Source: Dysgonomonas sp. PH5-45 (GTDB taxonomy: Bacteria; Bacteroidota; Bacteroidia; Bacteroidales; Dysgonomonadaceae). Taken from it: a DNA stretch of 60,083 bases. The notes below the pieces were generated by a model. That model worked only from the letters and a program-made list of their open reading frames with translations, had not been told where the DNA came from and searched no databases. This document shows, one piece after another, positions 39,341 to 47,527 of this stretch (its first letter is position 1; the number at the start of each line of letters is the position of its first letter). The stretch spans positions 1-60,083 of the forward strand of contig NZ_JARXWE010000017.1 in assembly GCF_029893235.1 (NCBI RefSeq). The letters run 5' to 3'. Both the position numbers and the translations under genes were made by a program.

Positions 39341-40669
39341 ATGGGATGTGAATGCGTGCATTGCAAAAATAATCTTCCATTTGATTTACCACATGAGATT
39401 ATTGAGGCTGCAAAGAACGGAAATTTAGTGATTTTTGCAGGTGCGGGGATTAGTACAGAATCAAAGAGAATATTTAAAGAAACCTTATATGGAGATGTGG
39501 CTTTAGATTTAGACCTTCCTGCTAATACAAATTATGATTTCCCAACCTTAATGTCCTTATATTGCGAACAAAAGAATGGGAGACAATTACTATTAGAAAA
39601 AATTAGGCATCGATTTGAATATTGCCATCAATTTAATGAGCTATATATGGATGCTACAAGCTTTCACCGAGAGTTATCATCAATATATTTGATAGATACA
39701 ATCTTTACTACTAACTGGGACGATTATTTTGAAAGAGAGTGTAATGCAATCCCAATTGTAACAGCAGAAGATTTTGCTTTTTATAATACTTCTGGTCGAA
39801 AAGTTTTCAAGATTCATGGCTCAATAAGTAATTATGGAAGTATTATTGCAACTACAGAAGATTATAATAATTGCTATAAAAATCTTAAATCGGGATTAAT
39901 GGGTAGTTATTTGAAAACTATTTTAGCTACCAAGACTGTTGTTTTTATAGGTTTTTCATTTAACGATTTCGACTTCAATAAGATATATTCTTATCTTAAA
40001 AAGGAAATGAGAGATATTTTGCCTCATTGTTATATTGTTACCATAGACAATTCATTCAAAGAAAGATTTGCAAAAGAAAAAGCAACTGTAATTAATACGG
40101 ACGGGAGATATTTTATATCAATTATTAGAGAACATTTAGAGGGTTCAAATTATCTAATTCCAAAAGACAATCTTGAAACAATAGAACTATTATCAATTTT
40201 AAATGCTAAAGCCCATAGAGTTTCTACCGACTTATATTACGAGAAAAAATCTACAACAAGATTATATAATTTATTTTATCAGGATGGTCTTAAACATGCT
40301 TTTGATTATTTTATGTACCATTCCAAGTCAGGAATAATATTTAATGCTGAAAAAATATTTAATCAGATTAAAACTTATGAGTATTTTAAAAAGGGAATGC
40401 TAAAAGCCAAAAACTACCCAGATTATACCTATGTTGAGGGGTATATTATGGGCTTATACTCAATTATTGATAAAAATATAATTGATGATTTTCCTCTTTA
40501 TTATATTATTGGATTGGGGCATGTAAATGACAATAAAGAGTATATTTCTTTATTAGAAGAGCAGGAAATTTATCACAAAACGGCAGATAAAATAGGAAAA
40601 AAATATTTCAAAGAATACTTCGATGAAAAAACCGAAACAGTCCCGCATCATAGACCTTTTATATTTTAA
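39341..40669 (+). CDS. ThsA-like SIR2 (SIR2_2/DHS-like NAD-binding) domain protein with an uncharacterised C-terminal domain of about 200 aa; candidate stand-alone NADase defence effector
   Basis: About 442 aa from the Met at 39341. The track ORF starts at 39203, but the first 46 codons are low-complexity AT-rich leader. The N-terminal half aligns by eye to the SIR2 domain of Thoeris ThsA: LVIFAGAGIS (ThsA AAIFAGAGLS); TTNWDDYFE (ThsA TTNYDRLIE; catalytic Asn); KIHGSI...TTEDY (ThsA KMHGDV...IKDDY; catalytic His); VVFIGFSFNDFDF (ThsA FLFVGFSFTDPNL). A short CxCxHC motif lies at the extreme N-terminus. The C-terminal half has no SLOG-like Gly-rich motifs. The gene is about 30% GC, against about 43% for the neighbours. 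Confidence 0.8.
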   Translation: MGCECVHCKNNLPFDLPHEIIEAAKNGNLVIFAGAGISTESKRIFKETLYGDVALDLDLPANTNYDFPTLMSLYCEQKNGRQLLLEKIRHRFEYCHQFNELYMDATSFHRELSSIYLIDTIFTTNWDDYFERECNAIPIVTAEDFAFYNTSGRKVFKIHGSISNYGSIIATTEDYNNCYKNLKSGLMGSYLKTILATKTVVFIGFSFNDFDFNKIYSYLKKEMRDILPHCYIVTIDNSFKERFAKEKATVINTDGRYFISIIREHLEGSNYLIPKDNLETIELLSILNAKAHRVSTDLYYEKKSTTRLYNLFYQDGLKHAFDYFMYHSKSGIIFNAEKIFNQIKTYEYFKKGMLKAKNYPDYTYVEGYIMGLYSIIDKNIIDDFPLYYIIGLGHVNDNKEYISLLEEQEIYHKTADKIGKKYFKEYFDEKTETVPHHRPFIF

Positions 40670-40857
40670 ATTTTAAGAACATAAGCGAATATACCAACTT
40701 CCCGAAAGATTTCTTAGTAAGAACAAAAGACAACCTCAACAATTACGAAGGGGATTATGCTGTTACAAATTTGATTAATAGCTATTTATGGCTAATAATT
40801 ATTCCTGATGAATTATTAATAAAAAAGTTACCTAATTACCAATTTACAGATAATGAT

Positions 40858-40875
40858 AACTCTATATATAAAGCT
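40858..40875. repeat. Right copy of the 18-bp direct repeat AACTCTATATATAAAGCT
   Basis: Identical to 38911-38928. Lies 62 bp from the 3' end of the tRNA-Pro gene. Confidence 0.8.
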
Positions 40876-40937
40876 TATAAAACGGAAACCATAGCGGAAA
40901 CAAAAAAGCCTAACTAATAATAGTCAGACTCTATTTG

Positions 40938-41012
40938 TCGGGATACCAGGATTCGAACCTGGGACCCCCTGCTCCCAAAGCAGGTGCGCTAACCGGACTG
41001 CGCTACATCCCG
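40938..41012 (-). tRNA. tRNA-Pro (anticodon UGG)
   Basis: Minus-strand 75-nt cloverleaf: CGGGATG-TA-GCGC-AGTCCGGTTA-GCGC-A-CCTGC-TTTGGGA-GCAGG-GGGTC-CCAGG-TTCGAAT-CCTGG-TATCCCG-A. It has a 7-bp acceptor stem, U33, anticodon TGG, G37, a GGTTCGAATCC T-arm, and no encoded CCA. Confidence 0.9.
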
Positions 41013-41360
41013 TAACAGGTGGCATTTAAACCGATGCAAAAGTACCACTTTTTTTTTAACTACAAAACTTTTTTGCGTTTTTTCGAATAAAGAAAAGCAA
41101 ACAATTTTTATTGTAAAGGTGTTTGGGGCTTTTTAGTACAAAATAATAAAGCAAGAATATGTTGATTTTACAACTGTAAAAACATGCGGCATACAATTAT
41201 ATCACTATATTGCACATCAAAACAAACAAGTACTTTTCATGAGAAAGTTTAATATAGTTGTCCTCCTTACACTTCTTCTCCTTTTCGTTTCGTGCCAGAA
41301 GAGACAGGATATAGACAATCTATTTTCAGAATAGAAACTTCAACAACCTCAATAATAAAT

Positions 41361-43343
41361 ATGAAACAGAATTATTTTTTAGCAGGATGTTTATTATTTT
41401 TTTATGTTCTATTTACCCAGAATGCAAATGGACATACCAATCAAGTGTGGTGGGATAACTTACCACAAAAAAACAATAGAAATATATTAAAAGTACTGCC
41501 CACAGAGCCACAATATGCTTACGATGTGAAGTGGTATTTTCTGAATCTTCATGCCGAAAATAATACGGTACAACTATCGGGAGACGTTACCATTAAAGCC
41601 GAAGTTATTCTTCCATCTATGGAAACCTTTTCGTTTCATCTTCATGCCGATTATACCATCGACAGTGTCTTTGTAAACGGGATAAAAAAAGAATTCTTAA
41701 ACAAGGGTGACGAAAGATTAGTTACCAACTTGAATTTTGAAAAAGGCACATTGTTCGATGTCCGGATACACTATCATGGGGCTTTGATGGAAGACAATGG
41801 GCATTTTTCCGGAATAAGAACGCAATTGGAAAAGAGCACAAACAAAAATGTTACATGGACGCTATCCCAACCCAATAATGCTTATCAATGGTTTCCCGTA
41901 AAGCAAGACCTGACCGACAAGGTCGACTCCGTTTGGGTATTTGTCACAACATCGAACATCAATAAGGTAGCATCGAACGGCTTGCTCAGTAATGTTGTTC
42001 CACTCCCTGACAACAAGGTACGATACGAATGGAAATCGAACTACCCTATTGACTATTATTTGATATCGATAGCCGTTGCCGATTATATGGACTACTCTTT
42101 CTATGCCGAGATTCCAGAAGCAAAAACAAATCTATTAGTTCAGAATTATATATATAATGATTCGGATTTTTTCGAAAAACACAAACCAAATATCGACAAA
42201 ACGAGAGATATGATTACATACTTTTCTTCGATATTTGGTCCTTATCCGTTTCAGTCCGAAAAATACGGACATGCCGCTGCGCCTATGGGAGGAGGCATGG
42301 AACACCAAACAATGACAACATTAAGCATTTTTAGTGAAGGTGTAATTGCACACGAGCTGGCACATCAGTGGTTTGGAGATAATGTTACATGCTCATCGTG
42401 GGAGTACGTTTGGCTGAACGAGGGTTTTGCCATGCACGCCGAATACCTTTGGTATGAACATCTTTATGGACAGAAATATGCATTCGATGCTTTTAACAAC
42501 AATATATTAGAAAACATTCGAATAGAAGGAAAAGAAGGCAGCGTTTATGTACCAGCTCAATATATTGACGATGCCGACCGGATATTCAGCAATATTTTAA
42601 CATACTACAAAGGTGCCGCACTTGTCCATATGTTAAGGCATGAATTGGGCGATGATTTATTTTTTAAGATGCTCCGTGCTTATCAACAAAAATTTGCAAA
42701 CTCTTCTGCAAATTTGAAGGACTTTATAGATGTTTTGTCCGAATTGTCGGGAGAAGATTTTACTTACTTTTTCGATCAATGGTTTTATGGGGAAGGATAC
42801 CCGTGTTTCAATATCACTTGGCAAGAAACCGATAGCAAATTGTATTTAAAGTCCGACCAAACCACCACAGTTCCGGCCACTACTCCCCTATTCAAAATAA
42901 ATTTTGACCTGCAAATCAATTATGAAGATGGATCCAGCGAATTAGTTTCTTTTTTTCAAGGCCAGACGTCACAGTATTTTTCGCACGATATACCCTCCGA
43001 TAAGAAAATAAGATCCATTACATTCGATCCTTCGCATTGGTTGTTAACAAAAGCTGAAGTAAGGCAAGGAACAGCATCGGTAGAAAATGAATTTGCAGAC
43101 AGTGATATCAGTGTATCCACCAATACAACAACAAAAACAATTAATATTGAGTTCGGAAGCGCATTGAATGGTGAAAAAGTTATTCAATTGTTCAACAACT
43201 CCGGAAAAATGGTTTTGAGCACCAAATCCAATAGTACAACACATATCATCAGTACATCAAATTTGGATAGTGGAGTATATATCTTGTCTGTTTCTTGTGG
43301 CGGTAATATTTATAACGAAAAGCTTATAATACTTCCTTCGTAA
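41361..43343 (+). CDS. M1-family zinc aminopeptidase with a C-terminal T9SS (Por) sorting domain
   Basis: About 660 aa from the Met at 41361, with signal peptide MKQNYFLAGCLLFFYVLFTQNANG. The HEXXH-18-E zincin motif is in HELAHQWFGDNVT...WLNEGFA. The C-terminal approximately 80 aa (...GVYILSVSCGGNIYNEKLIILPS) is a typical T9SS C-terminal domain. Confidence 0.85.
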   Translation: MKQNYFLAGCLLFFYVLFTQNANGHTNQVWWDNLPQKNNRNILKVLPTEPQYAYDVKWYFLNLHAENNTVQLSGDVTIKAEVILPSMETFSFHLHADYTIDSVFVNGIKKEFLNKGDERLVTNLNFEKGTLFDVRIHYHGALMEDNGHFSGIRTQLEKSTNKNVTWTLSQPNNAYQWFPVKQDLTDKVDSVWVFVTTSNINKVASNGLLSNVVPLPDNKVRYEWKSNYPIDYYLISIAVADYMDYSFYAEIPEAKTNLLVQNYIYNDSDFFEKHKPNIDKTRDMITYFSSIFGPYPFQSEKYGHAAAPMGGGMEHQTMTTLSIFSEGVIAHELAHQWFGDNVTCSSWEYVWLNEGFAMHAEYLWYEHLYGQKYAFDAFNNNILENIRIEGKEGSVYVPAQYIDDADRIFSNILTYYKGAALVHMLRHELGDDLFFKMLRAYQQKFANSSANLKDFIDVLSELSGEDFTYFFDQWFYGEGYPCFNITWQETDSKLYLKSDQTTTVPATTPLFKINFDLQINYEDGSSELVSFFQGQTSQYFSHDIPSDKKIRSITFDPSHWLLTKAEVRQGTASVENEFADSDISVSTNTTTKTINIEFGSALNGEKVIQLFNNSGKMVLSTKSNSTTHIISTSNLDSGVYILSVSCGGNIYNEKLIILPS

Positions 43344-43383
43344 TCTAAAAACATCTCCGGAGAGTTTCACTAAAAGCAAAAAA

Positions 43384-43418
43384 AACAGGATTCAAGTCTA
43401 AAAACCTGAATCCTGTCC
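43384..43418. terminator. Bidirectional terminator between convergent genes
   Basis: AAAAAAACAGGATTCAAG(tctaaaaac)CTGAATCCTGT hairpin flanked by A/T runs. Confidence 0.55.
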
Positions 43419-43448
43419 ATATTTCATTATCTTATCTGGTGTCTTTCC

Positions 43449-44174
43449 TTATCTTGCTATAAACTTATTTGTTTCAACTAAGTTTCGTCCTTCTTCTATT
43501 GTATAGAAGTAAACACCTTTCGACAAACCTACGCTTTGCGAACCACTTAAGTTTCTTAGTGATGTTTTATAAACAACGCGTCCTGTTACGTCATAAACCG
43601 CTAACCGACGATTAGCCGATTTATCGAAATCGTATACAAACTCAGTGTTGCCACCGGCTGTTATAACATTTACGTTACGTTGGCTAATTGCATCATCATT
43701 AATACCCTGAGTATCTTTATAATCATAGTTTATAGTAAGAGTTACAGACTCTTCAGTATTACTTTCAGGATATAGTTTATAAATAACCTTTACTTGCGTA
43801 TAAGAGCCTTTTTCAGGAAGAAAAGAAAGGTGTGGATTTCCTGATGATACACCAACCGGCACCGAGAAGTTTAGCGAAATATCATTATTGCCTATAACAC
43901 AGTTGCCAAAACAAAAACTTAACTCACCTGCCTGTGGCGCAGTTACTACAGTTTGGCTCATAGTTGCGTTGACAGGAAATATAGAGGTATTTTCGCAATG
44001 TACTCCCGACTCCATAGCCAAGCCGCCAAAACCATCATCTTCAACTTCTGTAATTGTTATCTCCGCATTATCAGCCATACGTTGTCCATCACGAACAAAA
44101 AACAAAGACTGAGCAGAAATTGATGCTCCACCTAAAAACAGTGATGCAACAAATAATGTAAAAATCTTTTTCAT
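43449..44174 (-). CDS. Secreted protein with a T9SS C-terminal sorting domain, function unknown
   Basis: 241 aa with signal peptide MKKIFTLFVASLFLGGASISAQ. The C-terminal beta-sandwich-like sorting domain (...GVYFYTIEEGRNLVETNKFIAR) is the Por secretion tail. Confidence 0.65.
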   Translation of the reverse strand: MKKIFTLFVASLFLGGASISAQSLFFVRDGQRMADNAEITITEVEDDGFGGLAMESGVHCENTSIFPVNATMSQTVVTAPQAGELSFCFGNCVIGNNDISLNFSVPVGVSSGNPHLSFLPEKGSYTQVKVIYKLYPESNTEESVTLTINYDYKDTQGINDDAISQRNVNVITAGGNTEFVYDFDKSANRRLAVYDVTGRVVYKTSLRNLSGSQSVGLSKGVYFYTIEEGRNLVETNKFIAR

Positions 44175-44219
44175 ATATTTTTCAGTTTTATTAATTTATA
44201 GTCTTTTTTCAAATCTCTT

Positions 44220-45011
44220 TTAGTAAAGAGATATCTCTTCTACATCGTACACCTCTTTGGTCTGTTCATTATATACAAACCCTACAACACTCATATTGTC
44301 GGTATTCCATACAAACTTACCATCAGTGCCCTTAGCTATAGTATAAACAACGTTTTTCGTCACTTGTTCATCTTTAGCAACAGTAACAACTTCGCCATAA
44401 ATGCTATTAATGGCATCCCTGAATATATGATTGTGTATGTATTTGTCATTATAACCTCCATCCGGCATTTGCTGACGGGCTTGTATTCCGCTTTCTAAAG
44501 CCCAAAGCAATACTTTAAGATTATCTTGATCTTGAACACCTGTTACGGTATATTCTACATTCACATCGCCCGTTGTGGAATTAAAATTACTTGTTAAAGC
44601 AATATTCACCGGAGACATTTTTGCTGCGCGAACACTTACCAAACCAGGCCATGAGCTATATTCGCTCGATGGCTTACCTCCATCAACTACTGCTGTTGGA
44701 AAAACATTTGGCACACCATAAAACTCTATGTATTTATCACCCATATCTGTACGCAAAGGTTTTACAGATTGATTCCCGGCATGCATAGACACCACAACAA
44801 GACTATCTCCGTATATTGTACTGACAAGATTGTGAGTTAGCTCGGCTGCGGTTGGGCAATTAACACATCTCTGCCCTGTAAAATCGACCAATAAAACTCT
44901 TTTACTTGAAACCACCGGAAAGTCGATATAACGATCTGCTTCGTCAATATTATCGCATGCCTGAAAAGACAGAGCAAATATGGCTGCGAGTATATAAATT
45001 AGTTTGTTCAT
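44220..45011 (-). CDS. Omp28-related/thioredoxin-like outer-membrane lipoprotein
   Basis: 263 aa. Lipoprotein signal (...FALSFQAC). Thioredoxin-like CxxC in LLVDFTGQRCVNCP, reminiscent of the Omp28 family. Confidence 0.5.
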   Translation of the reverse strand: MNKLIYILAAIFALSFQACDNIDEADRYIDFPVVSSKRVLLVDFTGQRCVNCPTAAELTHNLVSTIYGDSLVVVSMHAGNQSVKPLRTDMGDKYIEFYGVPNVFPTAVVDGGKPSSEYSSWPGLVSVRAAKMSPVNIALTSNFNSTTGDVNVEYTVTGVQDQDNLKVLLWALESGIQARQQMPDGGYNDKYIHNHIFRDAINSIYGEVVTVAKDEQVTKNVVYTIAKGTDGKFVWNTDNMSVVGFVYNEQTKEVYDVEEISLY

Positions 45012-45023
45012 TGTTTTTTCTTC

Positions 45024-46781
45024 TTAAAAATTGTAGCTATAAGATAGTTGTAAACCTTTGTAAGCCGGTACTATGCGGCATACACCTCCCGAGCAGTTAT
45101 AGCCTTCGCGTGTACGACCATAGCTTACCATCAATCGGTGCGATTTGTATGTACCTGTAACCGACCCCATATAATAATGAATATCAGTTTCGCCCACATT
45201 GTATGTATCCGATACCGAAAACATCAGATACGGAAGCAGAGAATATTCCAAAACTCCCGCAATCCAATCACCATAATCTTGTTTGGTTGTCAGATATTGC
45301 AATTCCCCACGCAAGGTGTTCTTATTATTAATTTTATATTTACCTTCAAGAATAAAAATATGAGTTTTCACTATTTCTGCTTTATCTAAAGTAGTAGGTT
45401 TTCCATATACAGCCAAGTGATTAAAATATTGATGCATGTATGTGAAATTCATCAACAGTGGAGCACTCATTTTCTTTTCTACTCCAAAAATCAAATCCTG
45501 ATAATAGATTTTTCCACCCATCTTGAAGAAGGAAGAATTATAGCCTTTTGTACCCATCCATGTACCATATTTTTGTTCAACAGGATCCATTTCTATACTG
45601 CGGATATGAGAACCTCCAAGTTTTACGCGTGTTCCGTATTTTCCTCCCAGCGGAGTATTGCGTTTGAAGGTATATGATAGTTCACCCTGGAAAGCCCACT
45701 CTCCTTCGGGCTGGGTTGAATACGGATAGAGCGTGGCCAATGCGTATGTTTGTTGCTGAACAAATGCCGGCAAGTGGTTTATAGTAGAAGACAATGTTGA
45801 TGGATTTCCACCTGGAGCCTGTCGTGTACTCATAAACGACATATTATCGCTGCGTTTTGCCTGCAACAATACACTCATCCCTTTTTTAGAATATGAACCC
45901 GCTAACAGCAATGCTTGTCCTTTGCGATAGATATAAGGGTGATTAAGATTATTTTCTTTATAAACACTTCTGAATGTAGGGTCATTGTTCTTTATAGCAT
46001 ATTCTGCTAAGAAACTATAATTACCCTTTTGCAGTTTTGCTCTGAAATCGAAAGCTCCAACATTTTCGGGCAGATTAAGTTTGTAATGTATAGTAGGATC
46101 ATCAGGATTCACTCCTGCTTCTATAAATTCATCGCCTCTGTGTTTGCCTACATACGAAGCACCAAAAGTAAGGTATGTGTTCGATTCCGCAAGTTTTTTA
46201 CTCCATTGGTCAATGCTAAATTCAGCATCCGCACCCCAAATAAATGTTTTGTGGTGGTCAAAATAATAACGTTGCTTACCTCCCAAAACTTTCAAGCGTA
46301 CTCCTTTAAATGGCTGAGCAGCGATACGCCCCCCACGCAGAGAGTTATCTATACCCAAACTACGCTCTTCGTAAGTACGGAAAATGAGACCACTACCAAA
46401 CTGATCGTAAAAATCACCGGCAGTAATCTGTATCTTGTCGAATTTGGCTGTCACATAAATATTAGGAACACCCCAACCCTCAAAGTCTTTTTCGTCGAAA
46501 CCTATCAGCGGATGCTCCATAAATTCGAGGCGAGCCCCGGCTTCAATATGTTTACTGTTCAGGTTTAAGTTGAAATATGTATTGGTGAGCCACCAATCGT
46601 CCGAGCCTTCGGCCCCGATTTTCTTATCCTTTTCGGGGAAAAGCATTATTTCCGACTGGAGACTACCATTAATTTTAAAATCTTTCCAGAAACTGTCGTT
46701 TCCTTCCTGCGCTGAAGCCCGGTTCGCCGAAAGGAGACCGAGCAACAACAAACTGCCTAACTTCAGATAATTCTTTTTCAT
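45024..46781 (-). CDS. Outer-membrane beta-barrel protein (DUF6029-like)
   Basis: 585 aa with signal peptide MKKNYLKLGSLLLLGLLSANRASAQ. Long aromatic/Gly-rich alternating strands with a C-terminal ...LQLSYSYNF terminal Phe. Confidence 0.6.
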   Translation of the reverse strand: MKKNYLKLGSLLLLGLLSANRASAQEGNDSFWKDFKINGSLQSEIMLFPEKDKKIGAEGSDDWWLTNTYFNLNLNSKHIEAGARLEFMEHPLIGFDEKDFEGWGVPNIYVTAKFDKIQITAGDFYDQFGSGLIFRTYEERSLGIDNSLRGGRIAAQPFKGVRLKVLGGKQRYYFDHHKTFIWGADAEFSIDQWSKKLAESNTYLTFGASYVGKHRGDEFIEAGVNPDDPTIHYKLNLPENVGAFDFRAKLQKGNYSFLAEYAIKNNDPTFRSVYKENNLNHPYIYRKGQALLLAGSYSKKGMSVLLQAKRSDNMSFMSTRQAPGGNPSTLSSTINHLPAFVQQQTYALATLYPYSTQPEGEWAFQGELSYTFKRNTPLGGKYGTRVKLGGSHIRSIEMDPVEQKYGTWMGTKGYNSSFFKMGGKIYYQDLIFGVEKKMSAPLLMNFTYMHQYFNHLAVYGKPTTLDKAEIVKTHIFILEGKYKINNKNTLRGELQYLTTKQDYGDWIAGVLEYSLLPYLMFSVSDTYNVGETDIHYYMGSVTGTYKSHRLMVSYGRTREGYNCSGGVCRIVPAYKGLQLSYSYNF

Positions 46782-46790
46782 AGATTATTC

Positions 46791-47282
46791 TTATTCCGCA
46801 TTGACAAGTTTACGAACTTCTTCTATAAGATGCTCTTCCGACCCATCGCTATATCCTGTTCTGGTTGAAACAATTTTTCCGTTTCCATCTACAACAAACG
46901 TTGCGGGAATCATATTTACACCTAAAGCACGTTTAAAGTCGCTGTTAGGGTCGAGCAAAACATCGTAATCCCAACCAAAGCCATCAACCAAAGGTTTTAC
47001 TTTAGCGGCATTCTGAGCCTCATCAATCGACACGGCAAACAGTTTTACACCTGTTTCGTCTTGCCAATCGGCATAAACTTCATTTATGGCTTTCAACTCA
47101 CGGTGGCAAGGTTTGCACCATGTTGCAAAAAAGCTTATAATGAATGGCTTGCCATCATTGTTGAGTTTCGCTGTATCGATAGTTTTTCCGTCCATTGTTT
47201 TTAGGCTTACCGACGGAAGCTGTGCAAATCCGGTTAAAACACATGTTAGTGCCAGGATTAGAGATAAAAAATACTTTTTCAT
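46791..47282 (-). CDS. TlpA/ResA-family thiol-disulfide oxidoreductase (thioredoxin-like)
   Basis: 163 aa with a signal peptide. Thioredoxin motif FFATWCKPCHRE (WCxxC). Confidence 0.8.
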   Translation of the reverse strand: MKKYFLSLILALTCVLTGFAQLPSVSLKTMDGKTIDTAKLNNDGKPFIISFFATWCKPCHRELKAINEVYADWQDETGVKLFAVSIDEAQNAAKVKPLVDGFGWDYDVLLDPNSDFKRALGVNMIPATFVVDGNGKIVSTRTGYSDGSEEHLIEEVRKLVNAE

Positions 47283-47461
47283 TTGTATAAAAATTTAATT
47301 TTAATCAAAACAAAATTTGCTAAAAAGGTTATCATAAATATTGAACACTCAATCTGTATCTACAAATATAGGTATTTATTCGTCAACCGATATTAATGCC
47401 CAGTATATACAATAATATTTAAGATTTTAGACTTACTCGTTAACAAAAGGTTTAAAGTCCG

Positions 47462-47500
47462 CAAAAATAAAAAATCTATCTCTAACTAAGATAGATTTCT
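47462..47500 (-). terminator. Rho-independent terminator after the large activase/dehydratase gene
   Basis: AAATCTATC(tctaacta)GATAGATTT stem. On the minus strand it is followed by TTTTTATTTTTGC. Confidence 0.55.
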
Positions 47501-47527
47501 TTTAATGCTGTAAAACAGGTTGTTCTT

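Noticed and set aside
38640-41300. Searched for an integrase, recombinase or partner defence gene (TIR/ThsB, HerA, Argonaute) in the AT-rich island on both strands
   Set aside because: No ORF of at least 60 aa other than the SIR2 gene exists here. Only the ATG-less open frame at 40654-40917 was seen, and it is reported separately.
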